From the IMG/VR virus record IMGVR_UViG_3300022743_000004, positions 3,793 through 67,792 of that record: a stretch of DNA of 64,000 nucleotides; one strand, 5' to 3'. Made by a program: the position numbers and the translations under genes. This DNA is from a virus. This document shows positions 9,628 through 17,991 of the stretch, piece by piece; the stretch's first letter is position 1; each line of letters begins with the position of its first letter. The notes under the pieces were generated by a model. That model did no database searches. It was not told where the DNA came from and was given only the letters and a program-made list of their open reading frames with translations.

Positions 9628-10283
9628 TACTTATTTGCGGACGTCAGCGCTTGGTAGTGACCTTCCAACGCGCCGTACAGCATGTCAGGGCCGTAGGTCG
9701 GGAAAGACGCCATCAGGTTTGCAAGCACCACGTTGTCTTCCAGACCATTCCAGTCCTTGATGTACGTGCCTTCCTTGTAGCCGTTGGCTTGGCGGAACAG
9801 GTTCAGCACGTTCTTGGCCACGTAGGTGGTGTACAGCTCGTCCCAAGTCAGGCCGAAGCGCACCATGAGCTGGCTGAACGCAGGCCCGTTGAGCTGGCGC
9901 TGCAGTGCCGCGCTACCGGCCAACAGGTCGAACAACTGCGCTGTGCTAACGGTACTGATCTCACCGTACGCATCGGCATTGGTCTCTAACGCGTCGAAGT
10001 ACGCGGTGACTTCAACAGCCGCGTCTTGCACGCTGCCGTCGTGGAGTGCCAGGATACTGCTGATAGCGAAGTGCCAGATGTCCACCAGCTCCAACTTGAG
10101 CTGGGCAAAGTCTGCTTCGGGTGTCGCCTTCCACCACTTCCAGCCGTGGTGATCCAGAGCCTCGACGGCTTCGACCACGATGGCGCGGTGCCATGGGTAG
10201 TCAGCTTTGATCCAGTCAGGGTTGATGATGCTGTTGAGCTTGTCCTGCATGCGGAACATGTCAACAATGTGTTGGTGGTTCAT
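9627..10283 (-). CDS. dut: Dimeric all-alpha dUTPase
   Basis: WKWWK, ELVDIWHF, KNVLNLFRQANGYKEGTY..W.GLEDN motifs. Confidence 0.9.
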   Translation of the reverse strand: MNHQHIVDMFRMQDKLNSIINPDWIKADYPWHRAIVVEAVEALDHHGWKWWKATPEADFAQLKLELVDIWHFAISSILALHDGSVQDAAVEVTAYFDALETNADAYGEISTVSTAQLFDLLAGSAALQRQLNGPAFSQLMVRFGLTWDELYTTYVAKNVLNLFRQANGYKEGTYIKDWNGLEDNVVLANLMASFPTYGPDMLYGALEGHYQALTSANK

Positions 10284-10957
10284 GGGTTTCCTAGTACGTG
10301 TTTACGCAGAGCCGCCACAGTCACGGGTACGATGGGTTCAATGAGTTCCAGCATGGCCTCCGCGTATACGCGGATTTCGTACTGGCTGTGGGAGTGCAGT
10401 CGCAGCTTCAAGAAGTGCGCAAGATTGTGTAAATCAACGGTGGCGAACATGTGGCTGTAGGTGTTCACTGGCAGCACACCACGGGCCAGTTCACGCGGAA
10501 TACCCATAGCCAGCATGTGTTTGTAGTCAAAGAATGACGACTCGCATGCCGTCCTGATGATCTCTTGGGCCTCTTTGGCATACCCGCTGATCTCGTCCGT
10601 ACGCATCTGCTTGTTGGACGTGCTCTGTGTCGTGATCTGGGCGATCTCCGGCACGTAGAACTCCTCGGGCAGTTCGCTGTAGCGGGCCGACACTTCGTTG
10701 AACGACCAAGTGCGGTGGCGGTGCCACTGACGGAACACGAAGATGGGTGCCTTCACCTCGAAGGTGAACTGCACGCACTCCAGCGGAGACGTGTGGTGGT
10801 TGCGGACAAGGTAGTCGATCAGCTTCGCATCTTTCCCTTCGTCCTCACCCGCGCGCCACTCGGCGTCGTAAGAGACGCGAGCGGAGCGAACGATGGACAG
10901 GTCGCTGCCCATGGAGTCCACAAGGCGGACCAGGCCGTGGTTCAGGACCCGCTTCAT
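10280..10957 (-). CDS. thyX: Flavin-dependent thymidylate synthase
   Basis: RHRTWSFNEVSARY signature, H-x-SPLE, ELAR, LR...HSQYEIR. Confidence 0.95.
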   Translation of the reverse strand: MKRVLNHGLVRLVDSMGSDLSIVRSARVSYDAEWRAGEDEGKDAKLIDYLVRNHHTSPLECVQFTFEVKAPIFVFRQWHRHRTWSFNEVSARYSELPEEFYVPEIAQITTQSTSNKQMRTDEISGYAKEAQEIIRTACESSFFDYKHMLAMGIPRELARGVLPVNTYSHMFATVDLHNLAHFLKLRLHSHSQYEIRVYAEAMLELIEPIVPVTVAALRKHVLGNP

Positions 10958-11166
10958 TGCACCACTTCCCACTTGTTCAGGTGGGCCAGCAGTTCGGTCT
11001 TGCTGGTCGGCACATCCACTTCGTCTGTGGCGATGGAACGCATGCCCTCAGCTTTGAGGCGCTTGCGGTCAGCCGCAGCACCTGCCAGCGTACCGGCCCA
11101 GCTAGCGCGCTCATTGCGGCCAGGATCAGCCGCGTCGTCAGTGAACGTGGTCTTGTACAGTCTCAT
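10954..11166 (-). CDS. Hypothetical protein
   Basis: Translationally coupled ORF in the operon. Confidence 0.6.
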   Translation of the reverse strand: MRLYKTTFTDDAADPGRNERASWAGTLAGAAADRKRLKAEGMRSIATDEVDVPTSKTELLAHLNKWEVVQ

Positions 11167-11381
11167 TTTGGAATCTCCTTAAAGTATTTGCGGACGTCTT
11201 CAAGAACGTTCTGCACCAGGAAGTGCTCGTTCTTCGGGGACACAGATACGGCGAGCTTTTTCTTGGTCTCGCCGCGTGTGAGGCAGAGCATGGTGTGTCT
11301 GTTCTGCCGCAGAAATTCGACCTTGATAGCCGGGTCGTACTTCTGGATAGCCTTCAGCACAAGCCGCAGCCCCTGTCTCAT
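11163..11381 (-). CDS. Hypothetical protein
   Basis: Translationally coupled ORF in the operon. Confidence 0.55.
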   Translation of the reverse strand: MRQGLRLVLKAIQKYDPAIKVEFLRQNRHTMLCLTRGETKKKLAVSVSPKNEHFLVQNVLEDVRKYFKEIPK

Positions 11382-12283
11382 GACATGTCTCGCGCGTCAC
11401 GTAAGCCGAGGTACACCGGGTGGCGCGGTTTGTCTTTCGCGCCGATGGGGAAGTGCTTGTACTTCACAACCATGTGATGCCAGCCACCGGACTGCAGACG
11501 GTCTTGGTGCTTGCCCCACCACCACGCTTTGTCGCTGTCGTCGAAGCCAGTGCCGATCTGGAACTCCACGCCGGTCTTCACGTCACGCACGAGCAGCGCA
11601 CCCATACGGCCCTTGCCGGTCTTGTTCTCTTGGTGGCTGCTGCGCTTGGTGCGGCCCAGCTCGTTGGTCTCGGCCACGTTGCCGTTGTGCATCTCTTCGA
11701 TGACTTCCTGCACTGTCGCTTCGCTGTCCACAAAGCGCTTCACCTTGAGCAAGTAACCTTCGCGCGCGGTGCTGCGCCCGAACTTGTAGGGTGAGTCAGG
11801 GTGACGCAGGATCACGCCTTCGTGGCCCAGCTCCAGTGCTGCAGCCTCGAACATATTTAGAGCTTCGATGTCGTGTACCAGCGTCTGGGGTAGTATTTGG
11901 ATACGCCCCTTGTTCGTTGTGTGCCCTTCCATGAGTGCGTCGTAGCGCTGCTGGAACGTGTGCCCGTGGCGGTACAGGTCGAACGCGTGAAACGCCCAGT
12001 CCGGCGAGGTATCTTCTGACATCACACCTGACACCGTGTCGCGGTAGCACGTAGGGCTTGTGGTCGGGCCGACGATCAGCTCACCGTCCAAGCCCTCAAA
12101 CGCAGGCTTGCTCAGTGCAGCAGCGATCTCGAAGTTTGGGATATGCTTGAGTGAGCGGCTGAGCAGCATGCCGTTGCGCACGACAGCACGAATGCCGTCG
12201 AGCTTAACGGAGGCGTACATCGGCCACCGAATTTTGTCTACGTCCGCAGGGGAGGCTAGCATCGGCTTGAACGCTTCACTCAT
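11378..12283 (-). CDS. lig: ATP-dependent DNA ligase
   Basis: KLDGIR, LDGEL, AFDL, EGVILR, LLKVK motifs; OB-fold IGTGF. Confidence 0.92.
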   Translation of the reverse strand: MSEAFKPMLASPADVDKIRWPMYASVKLDGIRAVVRNGMLLSRSLKHIPNFEIAAALSKPAFEGLDGELIVGPTTSPTCYRDTVSGVMSEDTSPDWAFHAFDLYRHGHTFQQRYDALMEGHTTNKGRIQILPQTLVHDIEALNMFEAAALELGHEGVILRHPDSPYKFGRSTAREGYLLKVKRFVDSEATVQEVIEEMHNGNVAETNELGRTKRSSHQENKTGKGRMGALLVRDVKTGVEFQIGTGFDDSDKAWWWGKHQDRLQSGGWHHMVVKYKHFPIGAKDKPRHPVYLGLRDARDMS

Positions 12284-12524
12284 TTCTTTTTCCTGAGTTG
12301 AACTGGGCGATCAGGCGCAGCGCCTTGATGCTCAGTGGGTTGTTGAACTTGGCTTGAGCGACCACATGGTTCAGCGCCTGTTGCGCGCCGATACCGGGGC
12401 CGAATCTGATTGGCAACACAGTGCGTACCCACCGTGTTTTGTCCGAGTCGTAGACGTGGAACAGCCCCCAGTTCTGGGTAGCGGCTTCCGCTTGCTCTTG
12501 GGTTGTTAGATCGTCAATAGACAT
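12276..12524 (-). CDS. Hypothetical protein
   Basis: Operon position. Confidence 0.55.
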   Translation of the reverse strand: MSIDDLTTQEQAEAATQNWGLFHVYDSDKTRWVRTVLPIRFGPGIGAQQALNHVVAQAKFNNPLSIKALRLIAQFNSGKRNE

Positions 12525-12555
12525 TAGATTTGGAGACGTGGCCTTTCGGCCAAAT

Positions 12556-12930
12556 CTATGTTTTGGTTTGCCGAATAGAGATCACCAAGTGCGGGAACGT
12601 GAGGTGAATCGTCGTCCCGTCCTCGGTGATGACCATGTTGGGTCTGTCGGCAATCAGACGGGGTGCGTACTCAGTGCCAGTGCCCGGAGGGGCAGAGTCT
12701 TTCCATTGATAGCTCCACCGTGCGCGTGACACTCCGTCCCCAGCAGAAGGTAAGCGCGTGACCAACCCTTTGCGCCAGAGTCCACCAAGGTAATCGGAGA
12801 CCCTATTGGCAGTGGCCGCGTGCTCACGCACTTCCGGCAGATCAAAGAGTTGGTTGCAGTCCATCGGCTCGCCGGTGGTGCGAAGAACTTTCTCCAGGGC
12901 TTGGAAAAGCCCCTTCTCAGAATGTCGCAT
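12556..12930 (-). CDS. Putative winged-helix DNA-binding protein
   Basis: RVSDYLGGLWRKGLVTR resembles a wHTH recognition helix plus wing. Confidence 0.45.
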   Translation of the reverse strand: MRHSEKGLFQALEKVLRTTGEPMDCNQLFDLPEVREHAATANRVSDYLGGLWRKGLVTRLPSAGDGVSRARWSYQWKDSAPPGTGTEYAPRLIADRPNMVITEDGTTIHLTFPHLVISIRQTKT

Positions 12931-12985
12931 GGTGATGCTCCTAGCAGTGGGCAGCGGTGCCCTGTACGAAACCGCACATCTTACT

Positions 12986-13414
12986 TCAGCGCTCTATCGG
13001 GCCGCCGATGAAGCTGTTGATATATCCGGCCAGTTCTTTGCGTGAAACAATCCACTCTCTGAACTGGCTGGCGGTATATGTGAAGTCCCATGATGTGTTA
13101 GGGAACCATACGCCGCCCTCCTTACTGCCGACAATAACCCCAACGTTCCGCCCTTCAACATCGCGGTCTTTCAACCATGTCTGCTGCAGCGCGGAGATGC
13201 TGGGGTTCTTGCCGCCGACCAGATCAATCACTGTGTCGCCCCGCTTGGGGATCACGAGGAACTTGTACTCAACCCACAAGTCCTGTTCGACACCGCTGTA
13301 CCACACGTCGGCAATCCCGCTGTTATACGGGTTGTTGTTCTTCATGTGGTACAGCTCCACCGGCAGGTGCTTATGCACACTGTTGGTGAACGTTGTCTCG
13401 GGTTTGGAACTCAT
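12986..13414 (-). CDS. VRR-NUC/resolvase-like PD-(D/E)XK nuclease
   Basis: E..F, GIAD, WVEYK, SALQQTWL motifs. Confidence 0.75.
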   Translation of the reverse strand: MSSKPETTFTNSVHKHLPVELYHMKNNNPYNSGIADVWYSGVEQDLWVEYKFLVIPKRGDTVIDLVGGKNPSISALQQTWLKDRDVEGRNVGVIVGSKEGGVWFPNTSWDFTYTASQFREWIVSRKELAGYINSFIGGPIER

Positions 13415-13722
13415 GCACGTTTCTTGAGAGGTACGACCTTCTTCGCTGCTTCTTCGGCAGCAAGCAGACGGGACTCCACCAAACGTGTGTAACCGATGAT
13501 GTCGGTCCACGAGTCGATGTAGTCAGAATCACCGTTGAGAATGCGGCCAATCTTGTGGGCCACCATCTCAAGGGCTTCCTTTTGGTCCAGCGACAGCATG
13601 TCCCACTTGGATGTGGGCGAGCCGCGCATCACGTTCTTGATGCCTTGTGTGATGTCGGCATGGCCAGTGAACTGGCCGTAGCGTGCCCCGCGTTCTGCGA
13701 GAGTGTTGTCAATGCTGCTCAT
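13411..13722 (-). CDS. DUF6378-like protein
   Basis: L.ERG.RYG.F, KIGRILNGD...DSW.DI.GY pattern. Confidence 0.7.
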   Translation of the reverse strand: MSSIDNTLAERGARYGQFTGHADITQGIKNVMRGSPTSKWDMLSLDQKEALEMVAHKIGRILNGDSDYIDSWTDIIGYTRLVESRLLAAEEAAKKVVPLKKRA

Positions 13723-14129
13723 GGACGCACCCTGTCGATGAAGCGGAAGAACTCGGCCAAGGCCTTCTCGTTGTGGAACATGATGCCCATGCTGCCAGTT
13801 TCGCTGTTCTCTACGAAGTCAGCACCATCACCGCTGACTTCCAGCACGTAACGGTCATCGCTGTGCTTTTCCAGTGCCGCAGAGATTTCGTCGCCTTCAC
13901 CTGTGATGGTGATGGGGCCGAGCTTCATGCTGCGCTCAGCAACGCATTTGGAGCAGCCACATGCGGTGGTGTCGGCTTCACCCGCTGGTGTTTCTTTCGC
14001 GTCGTTCTCGACGGCTTCTGCCAGCGCATCGCGGATCATGTCACCCAGTGTCTTGGCAGGGTTACTGGGTTTGTCTTGCTTGGCCGTGCCGGGGATTGCG
14101 TTGGCTTTGAGTGCGTCGTTCAGGTTCAT
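13719..14129 (-). CDS. Hypothetical protein
   Basis: Coupled ORF, CGCSKC motif. Confidence 0.55.
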   Translation of the reverse strand: MNLNDALKANAIPGTAKQDKPSNPAKTLGDMIRDALAEAVENDAKETPAGEADTTACGCSKCVAERSMKLGPITITGEGDEISAALEKHSDDRYVLEVSGDGADFVENSETGSMGIMFHNEKALAEFFRFIDRVRP

Positions 14130-14689
14130 GATTTTGCCTTCTTGGGAGCTTGGTAGGGGATGTTCAGGAACAGTTGGCGGTGAATAGCCGAGACTGTCTG
14201 AGCTTGCTGAAACGCGTCAGAGAGCGCGTTGTGCTTAACTCCTGCAGCCGGGACACGAATGTCCTTAGCCCCAGGCAAATTTTTGTAAGTGCGGTAGCAC
14301 TTAGCATTCCAGAATTTCCACGGAACTTCCATGCCGAACTGTGTGTAGGCGTGTGCCAACATCGGAATGTCAAAGTCAGCCCCGTTGGACCAGAGCGTGT
14401 GGCTGTCGTCGCCGAGCCAATCACTGAACTCGGAGAGTGCAGTCTGCAACGTCTCTTTGTTCTCGTGGAACACTTGCTGTGCGGCGGCATCTTGTTTGAG
14501 CCACCAGATCAAGGTGTCCTCACTGATGCGACGTTTCATTTCCAGGTTCGACTCGATTGAAATCGAACGGTAGAACCCGTCGTTATCAATCTTGCCTGTA
14601 CCCAGGTCAAACTTCACTGCACCGATGGACAGAATAACTGCATCGGCAGTCGTCGCCAGAGTCTCGTTGTCAACCATTACGTGCGTCAT
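14126..14689 (-). CDS. DEDDh 3'-5' exonuclease
   Basis: MVDNETL, WSNGADFD, HNALSDA. Confidence 0.85.
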   Translation of the reverse strand: MTHVMVDNETLATTADAVILSIGAVKFDLGTGKIDNDGFYRSISIESNLEMKRRISEDTLIWWLKQDAAAQQVFHENKETLQTALSEFSDWLGDDSHTLWSNGADFDIPMLAHAYTQFGMEVPWKFWNAKCYRTYKNLPGAKDIRVPAAGVKHNALSDAFQQAQTVSAIHRQLFLNIPYQAPKKAKS

Positions 14690-14789
14690 GCACATCCCCT
14701 TCGTTGTTGTGGTCGCTCTAAAATTAGGAGCAGTGGATGGTGTAGGGGTAAGGCTTACAGCCCTATTAACCCCACACCGCCCATGCGGA

Positions 14790-15077
14790 TTACGCAGCGA
14801 CTGGTTCCAGAGCGGCCAGTTTTGCGTTAATCTTTTCCGCGCCCTTGGCGGCAGCAGCGGCAGCTTTCTCGGCCTTGGCAGCAGCCAAAGCGTGAGCTTT
14901 CTGGGCGACGGCCACAGCCTTGTCGGCTTCCTTCTTCGCGGCGACCAGCGCCTTGTTGGCAGCGGCCACAGCGTCGTTGTGGGGCTTCAGAGCTTCCTTC
15001 TGTGCCTTCAACAAAGACTGGAGGTCTTTCTTGGTAGCTTTGATTTCAGCGGGGGTGAGAGCGGGTTTTTTAGCCAT
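14790..15077 (-). CDS. Lys/Ala-rich basic protein
   Basis: AAGGAG Shine-Dalgarno; sequence dominated by A and K. Confidence 0.65.
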   Translation of the reverse strand: MAKKPALTPAEIKATKKDLQSLLKAQKEALKPHNDAVAAANKALVAAKKEADKAVAVAQKAHALAAAKAEKAAAAAAKGAEKINAKLAALEPVAA

Positions 15078-15285
15078 GGTATTTCTCCTTTAGTTGGCAT
15101 GCATACTTGATTTCATTGAGCCTTACGGCCCGGCTTATGAGTCGGCTGAGTACCGACTCTCTTCGTTGCGAACCTGCCTCCAGTTGGAGACAGGCCAGCA
15201 CTTCTTCCTCGGTCAGCTCGTCCAAGACGCTAACGAGAGCGCCATAGGAACGGAGCGCGTTAGCGACCTTGTATTTGCTGACCAT
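15070..15285 (-). CDS. Hypothetical protein
   Basis: Operon position. Confidence 0.55.
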   Translation of the reverse strand: MVSKYKVANALRSYGALVSVLDELTEEEVLACLQLEAGSQRRESVLSRLISRAVRLNEIKYACQLKEKYHG

Positions 15286-15294
15286 GGCTCACCT

Positions 15295-16083
15295 TTAGCG
15301 GCGAGCCGGTGTGGGACGACCCTTTGCAGCCTTGGGCTTAGGGGCTTCGTAACCAGACACGTCAGGTTCTTGGTTCAGCAGCGCGCGGGCTTCGTCCTGG
15401 CGGGCGAAGTGCGCTTCCAAGTCTTCGTTAGGCTTGGCATCGCTGAAGGTCAGCTTGGGGTAGTCTTCGTTGTCGTCGAAGCCCACAGTCACGACCACGC
15501 CCACAGGAGGCAACTGGAACGTGCGGCTGGTGCCCTGCACGAAGCCGTCGAAGGCCTTGAGGCCAGTCGGCGAAACTTTGAGCAGGTAGATGGGTGCATC
15601 TTCGACACCGGGCTCAACCACGGCCAACATGCGAGTGTTGGAACAGGCTTTACCCTTGCCCTTGGAGCCAAAGGCATTCATAGGGCAAGACGAGCATTCG
15701 TCAGACTGTTTCTGCGGGCTGTTGTCAGACGCGATCAGTTTGGTCGGAATGTTGCCGATGGCGAAGCACGCAGGTGGCACGATGTTGTCTTTGTCGAAGT
15801 CGGACTCGTAGAACTCGTTGCGAGCCACGAAGTCAATCACAACCATCTCGACAGGACCGTCGGTCTTGCGTCCATCGGGGAACGAGAACTTCTTGCCTGC
15901 TGTACGGATGTTGATGCCGGTAGCGGGAGAAGTGCGCTCGTTCATCGCTGCAGCTTGTGCTTGCAACTGGGCACGGATGTCAACAACAGCGCCGGAGGTC
16001 TTTTTTAGAGCTACGACGTTGCTGCCAGTTTTTGCCGACTTAGCGGCGGGTGCTGCGGGTGCAGCTTTTTTTGCGGTGGCCAT
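15295..16083 (-). CDS. Putative ssDNA-binding/recombination protein
   Basis: PACFA, C..CP.N.FGS.GKGKAC.N motifs typical of proteins next to phage PolA; good Shine-Dalgarno. Confidence 0.55.
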   Translation of the reverse strand: MATAKKAAPAAPAAKSAKTGSNVVALKKTSGAVVDIRAQLQAQAAAMNERTSPATGINIRTAGKKFSFPDGRKTDGPVEMVVIDFVARNEFYESDFDKDNIVPPACFAIGNIPTKLIASDNSPQKQSDECSSCPMNAFGSKGKGKACSNTRMLAVVEPGVEDAPIYLLKVSPTGLKAFDGFVQGTSRTFQLPPVGVVVTVGFDDNEDYPKLTFSDAKPNEDLEAHFARQDEARALLNQEPDVSGYEAPKPKAAKGRPTPARR

Positions 16084-16095
16084 GTGTGGCGCTCC

Positions 16096-16569
16096 TTATG
16101 TAGTTACGTGTTTCCAACTTCGTCCCAAGACGATGTTGTTGATGGTCTTTCTGGAGACGCCGAAAATCTCCGATACGTGCTGCTGGGGGTGCAGCTCGAC
16201 TAACTTCCTAATGAGCCGAACCTGCGGCTCTGTAAGGACCGCACCTCCGGCCTTACTGCCGATAGCTACACGTCCTTTGCTGCGAGCATCAGCCATGTTC
16301 TGTTTTGGCGTACCGACAAATAGATGGTTAGGGTCTACACACCTTGGGTTATCGCAGTGGTGGCAGGCATACATCCCAGCCGCCACTGGCCTGCCCGCTA
16401 ATTCGAGCATCACATGCGACACCAGACGGCGTTTTCTGTCGATGTTCATTACCGCATAACCGCTGTCACTCAACGTGCCAGTCCATTCGAGACAACCGTT
16501 GCTTGTCCTTACGGTGTACTTGTTTATGCGGTCTATTACTGGGCGACGCCACCCTAACGGCATGGGCAT
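16096..16569 (-). CDS. HNH homing endonuclease
   Basis: CLEWTG, CHHCDNPRCVDPNHLFVGT..QNM.D, C-terminal HTH. Confidence 0.9.
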   Translation of the reverse strand: MPMPLGWRRPVIDRINKYTVRTSNGCLEWTGTLSDSGYAVMNIDRKRRLVSHVMLELAGRPVAAGMYACHHCDNPRCVDPNHLFVGTPKQNMADARSKGRVAIGSKAGGAVLTEPQVRLIRKLVELHPQQHVSEIFGVSRKTINNIVLGRSWKHVTT

Positions 16570-16571
16570 TG

Positions 16572-16991
16572 CTATGCAACCGAACGAAGGTTGATACGTT
16601 TTTTCACGAACGGGACTACTCCTGAAACTTTCTTCCCTTGCTCCCACAATTCGCGGACGCCGGGGTCGGAGGCACGCTTCTGTACAAGGTGCCAGAACTT
16701 GTTCTTGGCGATGTACGCGAAGAACGAGTCCCAGTCCTGCACATCGGCAGTGGTTGAGGTAGTGATGGAGACAGAAGCCTTGGTGCCGGTGGCCTTCTCA
16801 AGACCTTCCTTGCCCAGCCGCTCCATGAGCTGTTCTTCAATCTCTTTGATCTTGTCTTCGACTTCCTTGGTCTGGGCTTCGAGGCCGCGCTTTTGTTCGC
16901 GGTAGCCCCAGAGTTGGTCAATTGTTGCGCCTACCGCGAGTTCGCGGACACGGGGCATTGTGGTCTTGGCTGTCTTCGTGGCTGTTGCCAT
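16572..16991 (-). CDS. Coiled-coil phage replication-region protein
   Basis: Coiled-coil N-half, V.DWD.F, G..V.GV pattern. Confidence 0.65.
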   Translation of the reverse strand: MATATKTAKTTMPRVRELAVGATIDQLWGYREQKRGLEAQTKEVEDKIKEIEEQLMERLGKEGLEKATGTKASVSITTSTTADVQDWDSFFAYIAKNKFWHLVQKRASDPGVRELWEQGKKVSGVVPFVKKRINLRSVA

Positions 16992-17052
16992 GCTTTTCTC
17001 CTTGGTTGAAATCGTAACACAATCTTATTCAAATCGCAAATAGAGATAAGAG

Positions 17053-17814
17053 CTAAATGTACAGATTCGCTGGATTTTGGCTGTACATATTCTCTTTATT
17101 CGGTCCGTGAATGGACCGAACCCTCGCTACTGCACCGCCCGCGAGGTAGGCAGTAGGGAGGAGGAAGCTGTCGTCATACGCTGGCTGGTAGTCAAGCAGT
17201 GCTTCGATGTCTCGCTCACCCACGTTCACAGGCTCAGCGAGAAGGCTGCGCAGTACGTGCGCAAGCTGAGTACGGCTACCTATGGTCGCCTCATTGCGCC
17301 CGTTACGCAGACGAAGCAGCGCGTCGCGGTACTGGCGGAACGGCTTGAGCTTGGCCCTGATCGCGGCAGCTTTTTTCTTGTCCAGGTCATAGTGCTCGAA
17401 CTCGTACGCCGTGCTTGTGTCCAACACATACGCGCCAATCACAAGGCCAAAACGCAGAGTGCCGCGCTTAGGCATCAGCCAGTTGCCGTCGTGCCTGATA
17501 TACATCTCGCCCTTGTAACCTTGTGCATAGATGCCTATTGGCAGCAGGCGGTTGCTGAATATGACCGAGCTTATCGAGTCGTATGTGGCCACTTCCAACG
17601 CGTTCGGCTGGTACAGCACCAAGCAAGTATGGTGATACCAGAAACCGATGGAGTCACCGTGTTTGCGTACCGTCTTCGACGTGTCGCGTGCGTTCACAAG
17701 GCCGCGTGAGTTCTCACCAAAACGCGCGTGCTGGTGAGCACCCTCCCACACCTTCAGGGCGTCGGCGTATGAATGAACATGGGGTATATTTCTTCCGCTG
17801 ATGCTGAATGACAT
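17053..17814 (-). CDS. Hypothetical protein
   Basis: AGGAG Shine-Dalgarno, 253 aa. Confidence 0.65.
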   Translation of the reverse strand: MSFSISGRNIPHVHSYADALKVWEGAHQHARFGENSRGLVNARDTSKTVRKHGDSIGFWYHHTCLVLYQPNALEVATYDSISSVIFSNRLLPIGIYAQGYKGEMYIRHDGNWLMPKRGTLRFGLVIGAYVLDTSTAYEFEHYDLDKKKAAAIRAKLKPFRQYRDALLRLRNGRNEATIGSRTQLAHVLRSLLAEPVNVGERDIEALLDYQPAYDDSFLLPTAYLAGGAVARVRSIHGPNKENMYSQNPANLYI

Positions 17815-17991
17815 CAGTTTCTCCTAGGTTGGTGGGACCTGCTCACTCTCAGCAGAGCCGGTGAACTTATTGAAGGCGTACTCGCCAGCCCCATAATGGT
17901 GGACTACTCGCTGTATCTAGTAGGGTCTCTCCTTCGCACAGTTAAGTGCGGCGATGGACGGTATCTACTAGCATCCGCTTTCGTCCGTAAC

